A stretch of DNA of 64,000 nucleotides from Tubulanus polymorphus (lineage: Eukaryota > Animalia > Nemertea): positions 2,398,778 to 2,462,777 of the forward strand of contig NC_134030.1 in NCBI RefSeq assembly GCF_964204645.1. The letters run 5' to 3'. Below, one piece after another: positions 12,411 through 26,827 of the stretch. Under the pieces are notes generated by a model, which saw nothing but the letters and a program-made list of their open reading frames with translations, had not been told where the DNA came from and ran no database searches. Made by a program: the position numbers and the translations under genes. Within the stretch, counting starts at the first letter, position 1; the number at the start of each line of letters is the position of its first letter.

Positions 12411-14928
12411 TGTCAGGCAATTACCATTTGATGGATGACTTCTGGACGATCTGATTCGCATGCTCGCTGATAAGAAAGAAGTCTATGTCTGTGAAAATTC
12501 ATTTTCAAATAGAAATGCCTCGGGTACTATCTGCGAGAGCTAGTATTGCAGTAATAAGGTCTTGATGATCAGTTATTGTAAAGATGATGTACTACGGGAG
12601 TGGTTGCGGACATTAGATTGATACCTGCATTAACGCAAATCCGTGTTGAAATCCTCGCCTTAGACAGACGAAGGTCCAGACGCGCCGGCGAATTTATAAA
12701 TTGCATTTGATGCGACCGAAAATACGTCGCTGACATTCTGCGATAAATAAATGGACAGATGATATTGACGTTCGGCGCAGTGGTCAGTTCATTACAACCC
12801 CACAGTCCAATCATAGATTGCTTATCAAAATTGACTTGCACCCGATCAACTCTGAGTAACTCTCAGTAAGACCGCTTCTTCTACACTCAGTGCTATATTG
12901 TTATTATATATTGTACGGCTGTCATCAGCAATTTGCCAAAAATACAGCTTTTAGCGATCACCTGGATCCAGGCCAGTTTTCGTAAATGTAGTTTCTTGTG
13001 TGTCAATTTCAATTTAAAAAAAAATGCATTGTTTACAAATTTATAAATTAAAAGCGAAATTATCTATTAAAAAAAAATCAAAAATCAGAAATTATAGACA
13101 GGATTATAGACACTTTAAACACCTGATTTTATTGACTGTTATCACCTTTAACATGGACCCAATTCCACAGTAATGTTGTGAGCTTAGATATCACTCTAGA
13201 GTTTGACTCATCGAAAATGTACCGATTTTTTAAACTCATCGTTAATTAACTCTTACTCTTATCATTATTCTATTCAACTCATAGTTAATTCTTACTCGTG
13301 ACTGTGGTATTGGATCGTGGACTCAAACTCAAATTCAATGAATTAGCTCCCGGGCTGATAAAAGTTTAAATTGGTCCCATAAATATAGCCACGGGGTTAA
13401 AAATGTATAAGTCTACTATAGCTAAGTATACCCACCCGGGGACAGTCTAGAATCTAGAAAGGTAAACCGAAAGAAACGATTATAACAATATTGTATAGTT
13501 TTAGAGATTGAAATACCTGAACACAAACGCATGAACCGTTTGTAAACTGGACGATAGTATGAAGTATCTGTCCTCACAATAATCAGTTCAATCTCCGGTC
13601 AATGCTATACCTATTATGACTAGTGTGCACTATTTTAGTGGAAAACCTAGAATTTTGATTTTATAATAGATTTTAAGTTTTTGATATTTCACCTTTTCGG
13701 CTTTCTGATTGTAGGACTTGGATCTATAGGAATGTCAAGCGTTAGTATGGTGTGAATGGCACATTGGTATAGAGCGTTTAGCTGACAAGCGAAGCGCCCG
13801 GAGAACGAATCTCGGTGGGGGACACACAATTTTTTTGTTTTTACGCTTTTGTGTTCTAAATCGCTTAGTCAATTTTCATCGGCCATTCGCGGCTAAATAA
13901 TCATTCCGATAACATCTTATAGTGTTTCTAATACGATACAAATATTAACAACCTCACACATCTCTGGAGAAATAGACTGACACCCGCTGAAACAACCACC
14001 TTACGTCTTTATGCGATAGATTTATTATTCCCGGGCGTCAACAGCATTTCACTAAACTTTTTCCACATTTTGATGCGGTTCAAATACAATAACGATACAT
14101 GATCAGAAACGTCATCGATTCTATGAGAAAATTCCGTTACGATTTTAAATCAATTTATGTGATTCGATTTTTGAATTCCACTGAAAACTGTTCTCAATCC
14201 GAATGTTCGCGGAGCCTATACTTTCACAGATGGAAAAACCGGAAATATGATTTACTTTTTCAAGAAGAGAAAAATCAACCAGACAATGAACTTATTTATT
14301 CAAACACGTCGCAAAATAAATAGACAGATCATCATACTCGGTGTTAGGAAAAATGGGGACCGTGGACACGACACGCATTTCAAATCAGCCGAAATAAGAC
14401 TCGAAATTCGATCAGGCGACTTCATAGAAATGATTGTAAATTATTCACCATGGCAATCAACACAACAATCAACTCTGTTTGTTTGCAGCCGATATTTGAG
14501 ACGGTTCAGACGCGCTCTAGACTCGGTCCCGTCGATCGGAGATCGTTCGATTTTAAAATTCGATGAAATATTTTGATGATTGACGCTCATCGAAATTATA
14601 TCGCCTCTTTCGCATCGAAGCACGTGTTTGTTTTCATGGATTTTGGTAATTGACTCATATTGATTTTGTTGCATCCAATTCCGATTCGGCGCCAGTCTGA
14701 GAACCCGGAGCGGTAACCCGAACATCGCCGAACGCTCTCCAAACTCTCGAGAATTGTTTGACATTAACGTAAATAGATCATCGTTGAAAGTTCGTTTTTT
14801 ATCGAAAACCTATTTCACTGATGGTTTTTCAAAAAGGCTAATAATTATGCAAAGGTTGTTCTTCTGAAATATTGATTATTATTTTTTAAATAGTACTTCG
14901 GGTGCGATCATGTATAGGACTAATTAGA

Positions 14929-15140
14929 GGCGCCATGGAGACCGATCGGTCTAAGCTGTAATAATGGTCTCGTCAATCTAGGGTTCATGGGTTCGAATCC
15001 CAATGGCGGCAGAGCTTTTTTGCCAGCTTGTGGTAGTAATCTCAATCTATCAACGGCTGGACTCATTTTCACAGGGAATCAATGTACTCTTCTATATCGT
15101 GAACGCCTGATGATGGCTTTAAGACGAAAGCCGAATCGAA
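14929..15140 (+). mobile_element. tRNA-derived SINE-like remnant
   Basis: B-box GGTTCGAATCC at 14990-15000, A-box-like TGGAGACCGATCGG, and acceptor-like pairing CGCCAT/ATGGCG. It does not form a clean cloverleaf. Confidence 0.5.
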
Positions 15141-15412
15141 TCAGTGCAGGAGTTTCGTCTTTTTTATTTCATGAAAAATGTCCTCCGAGAAACCTAAATT
15201 CAAATTGTATCTATTCTCTAAAGTGCAATGACTCGTTGTTCTTAACGATACATGGATAAAGAACTTGAAATGAATAAAACAAATTCTAACGCGAATTCTA
15301 ACCAGTAAAAGCGTCACTAAACCGAATTACAGGAAGCCTCGAGAAAAACTGGGACCAGCAATATTAGTCCGAGGTAAACCAGGTCTGTGTTCAGGATAGG
15401 AAAATCCCATAA

Positions 15413-15579
15413 GGGGTCATTCATTTATTACGTACGCATTAAGGGAGGGGGAGGGGTCAGTGCAATGGCGTACTGTACAAAATGCTTAATGTATATGAAT
15501 AAATGGCTGATTTTGCGTACAGAGGGGGAGGGGGGTTGAAAATTCAAATTTTATGCGTACGTAATTAATGAATGATCCC
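15413..15579. mobile_element. 167-bp PIF/Harbinger (Tourist-like) MITE
   Basis: 27-bp TIRs GGGGTCATTCATTTATTACGTACGCAT / ATGCGTACGTAATTAATGAATGATCCC (2 mismatches), flanked by TAA at 15410-15412 and 15580-15582. Confidence 0.8.
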
Positions 15580-17024
15580 TAAGAAGTTTTAAAAAAACAA
15601 TTCAATTGTTTTTTGAGTGACTTAGTCAAAAGTGCGAGTAACGGATTACTGTAGTCCCGTGCCATCTCGATCTGTTCTCGTATAATCTTTATTTCTACGA
15701 ATATTTCAACTCGATCAGAGCTATATAGACATTCATTGATTCAACACGCAGCACGAAGCCCTCGGGGCTTTAGCGTTCGACAACCGTCGAGCCGTTTCGT
15801 AAAAGGCGCCGAGTTTAATAATCAATTTCAATTCGTTATCTTTACAATCGGCACAGAATGAAATATCCGCCTCAATTCACAGATAATTCTGATCATTAAT
15901 TACATAACCGCATCGACGAATTCAGCCGATTATGCGTCACCACATTTTTTTAACTTGTCGGTTAACTAGAAATCCCTGGGAACTTACAAAGTTTCGCTAA
16001 GATAATCGAGTTTGTTTTTCGACTTGTTATCATTGTAATAACTTGTTGTTTTTGATGAAAATGAGAGAAGATTTGCTTCGATTTATAGATTTTATTTTGT
16101 TACGATTGCGTAGATTGGAATAGAATGTAAGTTCAAAGTCGTTGAAAATGAGAATGTATTCCTCAATTGATACGTAATGATGATATTACGGAATTTTTGT
16201 CAAAGTTATTTAATTGTTTTTAGGAATTTCGCTGAGTAGAGAATAAGAATTTAGCTCCACAGTGTTGTGAGCTAAGATCATTTACTAGATGGTCATAACT
16301 TATTTCATATCTAGAGACAAACAAAACCGACCGGGTATACTACTATTACTGGGTTCGAACCCGGGACACGCCTATTAGAACGATAACCACACTCAAACGT
16401 GGTGAACGGATAATAAGATAAAATCCCACTATTTACAGATTAAAAGAATTTCAAAACAAGAATTTATTTATTAAATCTAAAATATTTAAAAGACACGACG
16501 TTTCGATCTCACCCTAGAGATCATCGTCTGTCTATCAAGGACCACTTTGAATCAGTATCAGTAATCACTACCGGTACCATTCTTACTGAGTTCGAACCCA
16601 GAACGGGGAAATGATCAACGTTGATCAGAAATCGACGTGTCTGGAGCGGCGCGATGACTTCTAATGGAAGTATTACTAATTATCGACGTTCATCATTGAT
16701 CTTTCGTCGTCATGAAATATTTTTACGCTCAAATCCACAAAATCCAATTCGTTCAGTTGTTTTCAATCTTTTGTTACCAGTCACGGTATGATATCTTGTG
16801 ACAAAACTTGCCGGCATAATAACCCGATATTAGCGCTGTTCGTATGAAACACTCGGTACAAGCTTTTATCAACAGTCGATGACAAATTGAAAGTTTTTTC
16901 GTCGTCGAACCGTCGAAATCAGACATTCTCTGAGCGTAAAGAATCGCTGAACCGTCGCATGGAACGCGCCGTGATAAACTTCTATATACACGTTAGTCTA
17001 TCATAGATATTTAATGACAACCTG

Positions 17025-17305
17025 TCTCTCTCTTCCCTCTCTCTACCTCTCTCCCTCCCCTCTCCCTCTCCTTCCTCTATCTCTCTTCCTTCGCTCCCTC
17101 TCTCTCCCTCTCCCTGGCCCGCCCCTCTCTCTCCCTCCCCTCTCCCTCTCCCTCTCCTTCCTCTATCTCTCCCTCCTTCGCTCCCTCTCTCTCTCCCTTT
17201 CCCTGGCCCTCTCCCTCTCTCTAACTCTCCCTTTCCCTCCCCTCTCCCTCTCCCTGGCCTTCTCCCTCTCTCCCTTCCCCTTACCCTCCCTCTCTTCTTC
17301 TCCCT
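17025..17305 (+). repeat. CT-rich polypyrimidine low-complexity tract (similar tracts at 7470-7690 and 41748-41815)
   Basis: Direct inspection. Confidence 0.95.
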
Positions 17306-17649
17306 CGCTGCTGATCAGCTTAACACAATAAAGACCCTTCCTTCAAATGCTTATGGTTCCGGCTTTCATACATAACTATATATCTTCATCTATTGCGCTT
17401 TTGGCAAACGGAAGATTCGGCGAAGATTGAACATGCTTTAACATGGTTTATCTTCTGTCAAGCTATAAACGAAACAAGACGATAAAATGCTTTTGAACAA
17501 GAAAACAATTTCCTCACTTCAAACGCTATATACAGAGAACGGGGTTTGAAAGGATATCTCGTTTGTTTTTAGGTCTTTGGGAGATGTTCATAGCGTTTAA
17601 CTTGCGGCCAGCGCTCAGGGGTTTCTGATTGCGATCACACAAAGACGAT

Positions 17650-17940
17650 TTCGCCCGGATCAGACTCGAGTCTAATATGGCCCCTTTATTAGAGAGCGCG
17701 TTCACACGTAAACCACTCACTCGTTACTGAAAACTGAAATGTTATCAAATCGATGCTGTGGCAAGTTAGGTGACTCACTTTCGGAATCAGTAACCATTTA
17801 TACGAAATTACCTGGCCCGTGCTAGAACTTGGCATAGGTCTAAGATGTCTTCTTCGGCCAAATTTGGCCCGTGTCAAACGAGACCATTTATCACCTGTAT
17901 GAACGGTTGACCCGGGTCTAATCTGGCACGGGCCAAAGAA
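17650..17940 (+). repeat. Dispersed repeat family; other copies at ~2880-3080 and ~26435-26560 (continuing after 26828)
   Basis: Shared blocks CGAGTCTAAT, AGAGAGCGCGTTCACA and GATGCTG(T/C)GGCAAG appear in the same order. Confidence 0.75.
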
Positions 17941-19762
17941 GGCGTTCGTGTGATCACGGCGCCGATATTCTCACGCAAGGTATCACGACTAAAACCCTGT
18001 TCGCCGATTCAAGTCACGAAATATCATTAACTATAGAACACCGTGAGGAGGACTTCATTGCGTATCGTGTGACACCACCGCGCTCTCTCGAAGCGGCGTG
18101 TGTAGGCTCAGTTCAGTTACTCGTAACTAGATATTCGTTTTAAAGCGTCACTTGTTGAGACCTCGTTGAAGAGGTTGAGTAAATTAACAGTCGCCGACAT
18201 TTGGTTGCAATTTCGAGTCGATGCTGGTTTTTATGTAGCGACACTATCTTGAGAATAAGAAGTACTATTTTCACGGTGCGCGCGTGTTGATGTGAGTGAG
18301 TCTGATTGTGTTAAGATGCAGTTTTCGCTTCTGTTGGTGAACGAGTTTTTTTTCTAGTCGATCGAGAAGTTTTCGCTTCGTGCGTAAAAAGGACGCAACT
18401 TTCTAGGTTTTTTCGCCGGTTCTGCGCTAACTGGAATCGACAACGAGAGACATTTTGATGTCGAATATTGAAAACTAGTTGACCAAATAAATATCAATTT
18501 ACGTAAACTCGAAATCCTAAGTGTGACACCAGCGGCGGATCCAGGATCCAATTTTGATTACCTCATCAAAGAAAGAGGGCAATTTTTTTTTCAAAAAGGC
18601 GCGTTGTAAGAATCGACCACCAAACCACCCAACCTTATTTCTGTAAAAGAATAAATTAATATTTATATTTCTACAAACAACTATCAGTCTACGTGATTAC
18701 TGATTGAAAAAAATCCAGGCCGCGCCACTGAATTCGACAGTTTGACTACGAGTATCTGGATGTCCAATGGATTAAGTGAACTCCACTATGAGTGAAACAA
18801 GGCTGAATTCTGATTAACACTTGGAGTAGAAGCGGAGTTTAGATGTCAAATGCAGTATTGGTTATTAATTGAAAATCAGTAACAGATTTTAATATCACTG
18901 AGATATTTGTAATATAATCGTGTTGGTGACGTCGTGTTTCTGTCAGACTCGACGTGTCGCGAGGAACTGTTTATCACCATTCAATTCAAACCGTTCGTTA
19001 GATAGAGATCAATTAATAGTAATTTAATCACAGAAATGTTGCATTCGCAGAAACAGGCTGCAACAGGCTGCAGTATCCCCCTGTCCTCATAAACTTCAGG
19101 CTCCGATTCACAGGATCATTGACATTTCATTTTAAACAAATGGAACTTTAATTTCGGCTGCATTTTCTTTTCAAAATTAGATTCAACTACAGCTTATTTT
19201 TTTACATCGAGGACATTATTCATTCTTCTCGAATTAGTCTTGTTTACGTCTTTTATCCTCATTTGGGACAAAAAGATTCGACGAACAATTTCTTAGTAAG
19301 TAATCAGAGGAACGCTTGACGACAGTTCCAGTGTCAGTTTAGTTTATTGCTCCGCAAGTTATAGTAACATTGCGCAGTGCAAAATAACACAGGAATTGCA
19401 TAAATTTCAATAAAGCGGAATGATAGAAAGTTGACGAGATCAGAAATAGAATAAACAGAAGCAATGTATCAGTCATTTTAGGGTGTTATATTATTAAGTA
19501 AATGATTTGATACCTATTTTGATGAATGTCGTCAGATTGAGCAAAGTTTTAACTCTCGAACAAGGCTATTTTCATCGGGATGCCGCACGAAGTATGACCT
19601 CAGGCGTTTGAAAAATCGTAACGCATGAAAGGACCATGTTTCAACTCGCATTTCACCGAATATTAAGCACAGTTTCTACTAGCCTACTTCAACTGATTCG
19701 GGCCACGACGAGATTTTTCGAGCACGACAAATTTGATCTAGAAAACAAATATAAACACGATG

Positions 19763-19857
19763 AAACAAAAAATAACGCGAGAAAACAAATCGGCCGAGAA
19801 AACAAACCATTTTTTTTCTCGGCCGAAATATTTGTTTTCTCGCGTTATTTTTTGTTT
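19763..19857. repeat. Hairpin with perfect 28-bp outer arms and 12-bp inner arms
   Basis: 19763-19790 pairs with 19830-19857; CGGCCGAGAAAA (19791-19802) pairs with TTTTCTCGGCCG (19814-19825). Confidence 0.85.
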
Positions 19858-22800
19858 TCGTGGGGCGAGAAAACAAACTTTTGTTTTGGCGAGAGACTTG
19901 CATGGGTATAAAAACTGACTGAAAATATTTGCACCGATCCCTGGTGAAACAATGAGAGTAAGTTCCGTTTGAACCTTTCGACCTTTCTGCGATTCTGATT
20001 CATATTCGAGGCGTAATTTCGATAAAAGCTTTATTGACATCCACCGGTTTTTGGCGCCATACTTTTAATTGCAGCGCGGTGACGAAAGTTGTCAGATTTC
20101 ATTTGCCTCAGCGTTCAGTGACAACCGTCGGGGGCTACTGTGAAAACGATTCTTTTTTTCCGACGAAAGTTTTTCGTACACGGAATAAATCAGTTTTCTT
20201 TCGGAAAACTTTTCGATGATGTCACATAGATTGATTTCATACTAGGAAAGTTAGATGCTTTGTAATATAACGTAATAATACATATTCGCCATGTGTATAT
20301 GCCGTATAAATAATAGGTGATTAAAAACGAGGAAAGACATACACTTAGTTACATTTACATACGAGACTGGATGCTTGGAAAGCCATAAGATGCTGTTAGA
20401 TCCAAACATCCAGAAAAAAAAATCGAAAATTAATGAAAGTAAATGAAAATGAATGTAAATTTTCAAGAACAACTAATTCAAATCTGAAACCAAACTCGTG
20501 AGCTCGGATTTCGGTTGACACTCGAGTCGATTTTGCCGTTACTGTAGTTTGTCAATCCTTATTCGTGGCACGTATAAGATTTCTGCATTAGCTCTCAATA
20601 AATATCCGATGAAAGTATTTAGTGATATACATCGGGTTGGACGTATAGGTCCCCGTGGTAATGTAAGTCGTTACCAAAACCAACCACAGCGCGGAGTTTC
20701 TCTCTTTAACTTTACCCCAGAGGTAAAAACGGATAATGCAATAGAAATATTAGCGAAACGATTTATCGTAGCTGAAAATGGGTTTTACAGTCGCCGCCAG
20801 TTGACCGTTCCGTTATTGACCTCATAGCGGTAAACACGCCGTCGGGATGTGTCGCCGTGTGCACGGCGCACAATGCAATTAATCGCGGCGAAGACCGAGT
20901 AATCACGGGCTAATAACAAGCCATCAGGCTCGCGTCGCCGCGGGGTTTATAAACGCTAGAAACCGGCCGAATTACCGGACCACATCACTCAACAAAGGGA
21001 CTCTAAATCTGCGGGCTTTTTGACGGTTTCCCTTCTCCGGAGAATAGCGAATATTTGCGTTCGATAATTGCCGAGGAAAAGCGCCAGTGCAATTGCAGGA
21101 TGCGTGTGACCCGGCAAGCAAACACGATATGCACACATATACCGCACTGGAATGTATGGAAAAAATGATGGCTTTTGACGACTATAAATCAAGGTGAATA
21201 CGTCGCGATAACTATCGTGCAACCATGAAGGAAAACAACCACGATATAATGTGCCTTGGATAGAGTTTGAGGCCCTGTCCACATATATTTCCAATTGCAC
21301 TTCACTTAAGGTTGATCCATAGCTATCCCTTTGGTTTATGTGTCTGGTCCGCTTTTTTGTTCCACAGTTCCACCCGGTTCCACAGAAATAGATTCAGTTC
21401 CACAGTTCGGACCAGTAGCAGCCTATTCATTTTGAGACTAACGTTAGCATTTTGGTTCTTAAGCAACCGATGACCAGTCTAAGCTCATTTTGGTTCTATA
21501 ACCTAGGACAACTTAGGACCAGTATAAGACCGTTTTTGGTTCCATAGCCGAATAAACAACTTAAGACCAGTCTAAACACTAGTTCTCTTTTTGAATTGAG
21601 CCATGGCTGAAAGACATTGGGTCCTGGGTTGATATTTAAACTGTTTTTAGCTCCACACACTGCAGCTTTTATCGATGCACCTTATTCTCGTATTATTTTC
21701 TGACATTTATAGAAACGTCTGCGCGCCGATAGAATAAATCATTTTCGCCATTAATTGGCTGAGAATTCGCGGCAATTTTATTCCCAAGATGATAATTTGC
21801 TCGCAAAGATAATAATCATAATGCCCGATTATAGCAGCGAGCCAGTCTGCAGAGATGGAGCTATATCGGGTGTGGTTCTCTCGACTCAACATGACCGTGG
21901 GCTGAATTCATAACAACAACAATCAAGCACACTATTGGCCTATTTAGTTCGTCGGTAAACGGTGGTTCCCCAATTCGGTTATGAATCGAAAATATAGGTT
22001 TATTCAAAACAAACGATAAAATGATTAAATTTAGAATCTTAATATATACTTTGCCCGATGTTCTTTCTGTGGTTCTTCTGCGAGCTCTCCACCATTACGG
22101 ATCATTTTGAAACACCAAAATTGATGACGTAGTGCACATATAGATTCACAAACTACCCCCCTAAACAACGATGAAAGCGAAAGGTGGTAATTTCTAATAA
22201 AATCAGTTTACAAACGTCAGTCTACCTAATCACTACCTGTCTTCGGAAAAAAAATCTAAATCTTACGAAGCAGAAATTGATTTCGATTATAGAAATAACA
22301 AGATTATAATTCTTGTTGTTCTTTTTGATATTTCACACACGCTGTAAAAGCGGTAATCCGTGTAAAAACAAATTCGATACGACTTTCTGATGTATAGCGA
22401 AATAGCATCTTGGGTGTGGAGCGTGGTACGAGTATAAATTGCTTTACAATTCATGTGAAAAATTGATTGATATTCCATATACGATTATTGTATTACGATT
22501 ACTTCCAGCGAGCGCTCAAACACACACTCCTCGTAGACGACTCCGGATCCTGTCGCAGCCGTCTGGAAACAGAAATAGTAAATGTTCACCAGGGACGTGA
22601 TATTCCATAAAGGGATCAGAATGAACACAGGCGGAACTATATATGTCATACTTTACACCTTTCTGAATCCTTGAAATTTTTTGAATGTTTTTAAATAGTC
22701 TTAATTTTGAAATTCGAAGCTTGAGAGGGGCGTTTTCGGAACCTTCGAAGTGAAATATTCAAGAAATCTCCGGTATTTGATAAACAAAATTTAGAAATAA

Positions 22801-25625
22801 AGGCAATACGGAACTTGAATTTACAAAGGGGATCGAACCCGCCTGGTGATGCCCCTTTTGTACACGGCTCTCCACATCACAGGTAAGGTGATACATCCTC
22901 GTGGGGTGATATTCCCTTATTCAGGCTGTACTTAATTATCAACATATATTTAATTTCAAGATTCGATTACATTAAAAGATCGAAGATTGGCCGTTTTAGA
23001 ACAGTTTTAGCGAGGAATGTTGAGCTTTAGTAAACAACCACACAGGTCTTCGCTGATCTTACAGCCGAGGTCAGAAGGGTCAGTCAGAAGTGCTATTGCT
23101 GACGACGCTGTTGCTATTGCTGAATATTCTCTTTTAGTTTGCCGTCGCCTTGGAGTAATCATCGATTACACCAAGCTGTCACTGACTTTCCGGTTCACAA
23201 GTATGACAAATTGCGAGACGCTGTCCGATACAGCAGTCCAAAGATGTCCATATAGCTGCCCAAAAATACAATAACCTGGCCTGTCTGGACTACCACACGA
23301 CTGTAAAATTAGACCTAAATCATCTTAATACATACATACATCAGCCATTTGTCTGGCGAGGGTTTGAGAGGGTGTATTGTATGAAGCGACTTGTTGCCGT
23401 TTTCTTTCACGCTCTTTGTCTAGTTTGACACCCTCGATTTATATATGGCCGTCGTATATACAATTTCAGTAAGCCTTGTCTCATTATACAGTCAGACCTT
23501 TCTCTCTCTATTCCTAAGGCAGACCAGTAATTGAACATTTCTTGTACTTATATCGCTATGTTTTTCTCGGTCACTTGACCACATATACTGACGGCCGTTC
23601 ACTGGTTTAAGTAATTGTTATTTCTCGCACTTACTGGGTAAATGGCGTATTTTGATAATGAGAGCGCGTGTTAAGCGTGGAGCGAGTGGCAGTCAGTGAG
23701 TGTCGTCGGTTAGTCATGCGGACATTGATGGACCGAATGTGTCTAGACGTGTGACGTCACGGGTATTCGTGCCGTCGCATTAGAAAACATCAGGAATTGA
23801 TCATGTTGACGTTTGATTGCGTCTCTCACTACTGTAGAATACAACGAGATATAACGGGGACCAGTTTTAGACGAATGTAGCGTGGTTGTTTGTTCAGAGT
23901 ACTATACTTTGAATCGGAAAATTGGAATCTAACCAATTAATTTCAGTAGAGTCAAACTTAGAAGTTCGTCTATCGATGTTTTAACATCACATGCTGACCT
24001 AAGGTTGGCTGGAAGATTGTTTAAACGAACCGGAACCAAGATTTCCAATGGGATACCGGCAACACCAGATGGCGCAACAAATCACTGGGTTACTCGTAGT
24101 GAAAATCAGTTCATTTTCAATGAAATTTGAACATTATTTTTAGGCTTTCAAATCCGGAAATTATCAAACGAGTCATCGAACTGATATAAGATTTCCTTTC
24201 TCACTCAGTGTGTGGTATTGATTTCACTGAAAATTCATTGAATAATCAGAAAATTTGACTCGAAGTTTATTGAAATGTAGAAGAAATTGAAGCGCGGTAA
24301 CCCAGTGCCACTAGCGATCCTGGCGGATTATCGCTGAATCCTCGCTTCCCTCAGTAACCTTGCCGGTATCCCATTATGTACTTCGACAATAAATTCTGTA
24401 AACTCGATCGCCATTACATCTGTACTTCGATTTCCGATTTCAAAATCAAATCCCCAGGGACACCAAATCAAACGATATCTACCAATCGAAAATAATAATA
24501 GGGTCAATCCCTATACATCAAACCTTAGTTCAAATATGTTATTTTTCAATGGAATAAGGTTGAAGTTACAAGTATAAAAGTGTTTTTCTAAGCGATAAAA
24601 TTCGTTTTTCGAGAGAACATCTTTAGAACAGAAATAACTATTCACTTTTCGTTTGCCACGGAAAAAACCGTCGTTTCCCGCAGCACACGCGAAACTTTGA
24701 TCTTAAACTTCGCCGCGAAACGAAAGATTGATCATGAATTTTACATCGGGTCCCGGTGAGCATAAAACCATACCGCGCGCATTACAGCAAAAACACCTCA
24801 AAAACCTTTCGCGTTCTGCGATAAATAAACCATATAACGAATTTACATTTTCCCGAGAGAAACCACGGCGCTTATAGCCCTAATCAGCAACGACATTCTC
24901 TCTACACGCTCTACGCTTATTGTTTTTTTCGACTTCAAAGACGTGAAATTGCAGCGGCAACCGTCGTGTTATTTATAATGAATACCGGGGCGATTTTTGA
25001 CAGTTTTAACAAACGCCTCCGGCGCGATAGAGATCAAAGACTTTTGCCTCGATTCGCTGCGAGAAAGGTCATTACTTTTGAGTTTATTTCCTCGGTCTTT
25101 TCGACCTCGAGCTTTAAGATGGAAGTGTTGAATGTTCTCCTGTGTGTTGTTTACCACGTAGCACGCCCTTGGTTTGAAACAGGGACCACTTTACACTCGT
25201 CGTAAGTATTACATAGTGCAGCAGTTATCTGATATCCTGAAGTGTCGCTGGCTTAGATTTCAAATAAACGTTCACCACCGCCACGGCACTCGGTACACAC
25301 TGTACGGAATACTAATCCTCCGTCTCATTTTCGATCAAAACCGTGGATGCCGAGATTTTTTTAATGGAAAATTTGCCCTTTTAAAAACTAGCACCCTCGT
25401 AATAAGAAATTACTCGACGTAATAAGAAATTGCTCGCAATGAGCCGGATGACGATAAGCTTAGATATTCAGCGAATGATGTAGGGTTTGTCTTATCAGTG
25501 AATGGAGCATTTTGATAACCAATCATACCACAGCTCAATGGTCACCACACCGGCCTGACAAATTTCTGAACCAAATGTAGAATCACAACTGTAGACCTGC
25601 ATAGTCTGAACTGAATGGTCAGCTA

Positions 25626-25683
25626 TTTTTTTAAGCTACTTTTAAGTCAGTCTTAAGTTCGACTTAAAAGTAGCTTAAAAAAA
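25626..25683. repeat. Perfect 23-bp inverted repeat with a 12-nt loop
   Basis: TTTTTTTAAGCTACTTTTAAGTC / GACTTAAAAGTAGCTTAAAAAAA. Confidence 0.9.
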
Positions 25684-25932
25684 ATTCTTCATGGCTTTAG
25701 TGAGACTAGTGCTGAGAACTGTCCCTGCAACAAGACAAACTTGAACCAAATAAGTGCCTAAACCATCCTCGCTTGCCACCAGCGGAACGGCTTTAGCTTA
25801 GTAAGTTCGAATCTCTTTACGGGTTAAGATGCGCTAAGACCAACTGACTCGGTCATAATTTAGAGTCACCACCGCGCAACCGACCTCAGGACTAAATACG
25901 GATGATTATTGAACAGTAAGGTGTAATTAAAC

Positions 25933-26245
<313 letters not shown>

Positions 26246-26561
26246 GAAGTGATGACACGATTTTACAATATTACACTATATACTGGGTAATTAATGAACT
26301 CAGTTTAATTAATGAAGTGCGCGTTTCACAATCCAATCAACTGAAATACGACAACACGATCGTGAATTCTCTGCACGTGAATATAGCGTGTCCATCGTGG
26401 AATACGGAGATAAGCCGCGATCTCACGGAGACGATTTGACCCGAGTCTAATTTCGCCGACCCGCGTGCTTCATTAGAGAGCGCGTTCACACGTAAATCAT
26501 TCGCTCGTTACTGGAATTTCTATCGAAACGATGCTGCGGCAAGCGAGGTCATTTCTAGAAC

Positions 26562-26827
26562 CAGAGCCGTCGGAAGGAATATTTCAGTGGCGAGGCTTAT
26601 TTCTGAAGGGGGTCTGGGGCCCTTCCCTAGAAACATTTTGAAAATTCAATCGCCGGAGATGCGTTTTGGGGCCTCATACACAGAAGCACGAGAAGCCGTG
26701 AGCCAACCACCTAGTACAGAGAACGACGAGCTGCTACGCGGTTCAGCGTGCTCTTGAAAAAAATTTTGTTAAGCAAAAAAGTGGGGCGGCTTTGCCCAGC
26801 CCTGCCGCCCCTGTCCCGACGGCCCTG
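26562..26827. mobile_element. MITE with CAG(A/G)GCCGTCGG TIRs, inserted into another dispersed repeat
   Basis: 12-bp TIR with 1 mismatch; AGAAC direct repeat on both sides; the interior matches 32772-33019 in reverse orientation. Confidence 0.75.

Noticed and set aside
12085-12454. Cys-rich ORFs open in three frames
   Set aside because: Produced by a stop-free 33-bp minisatellite with 32-bp units that shift the frame.
14929-15010. Functional tRNA gene (also 13755-13820 and 29770-29850)
   Set aside because: A/B-box-like motifs are present, but there is no convincing anticodon arm or full cloverleaf; treated as SINE-derived.
22506-22565. Possible minus-strand 60-nt exon (TAATGSGVVYEECVFERSLE), and a possible minus-strand terminal exon near 35490-35620
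   Set aside because: The acceptors look plausible, but the donor is weak and neither can be linked to a gene model without transcripts.
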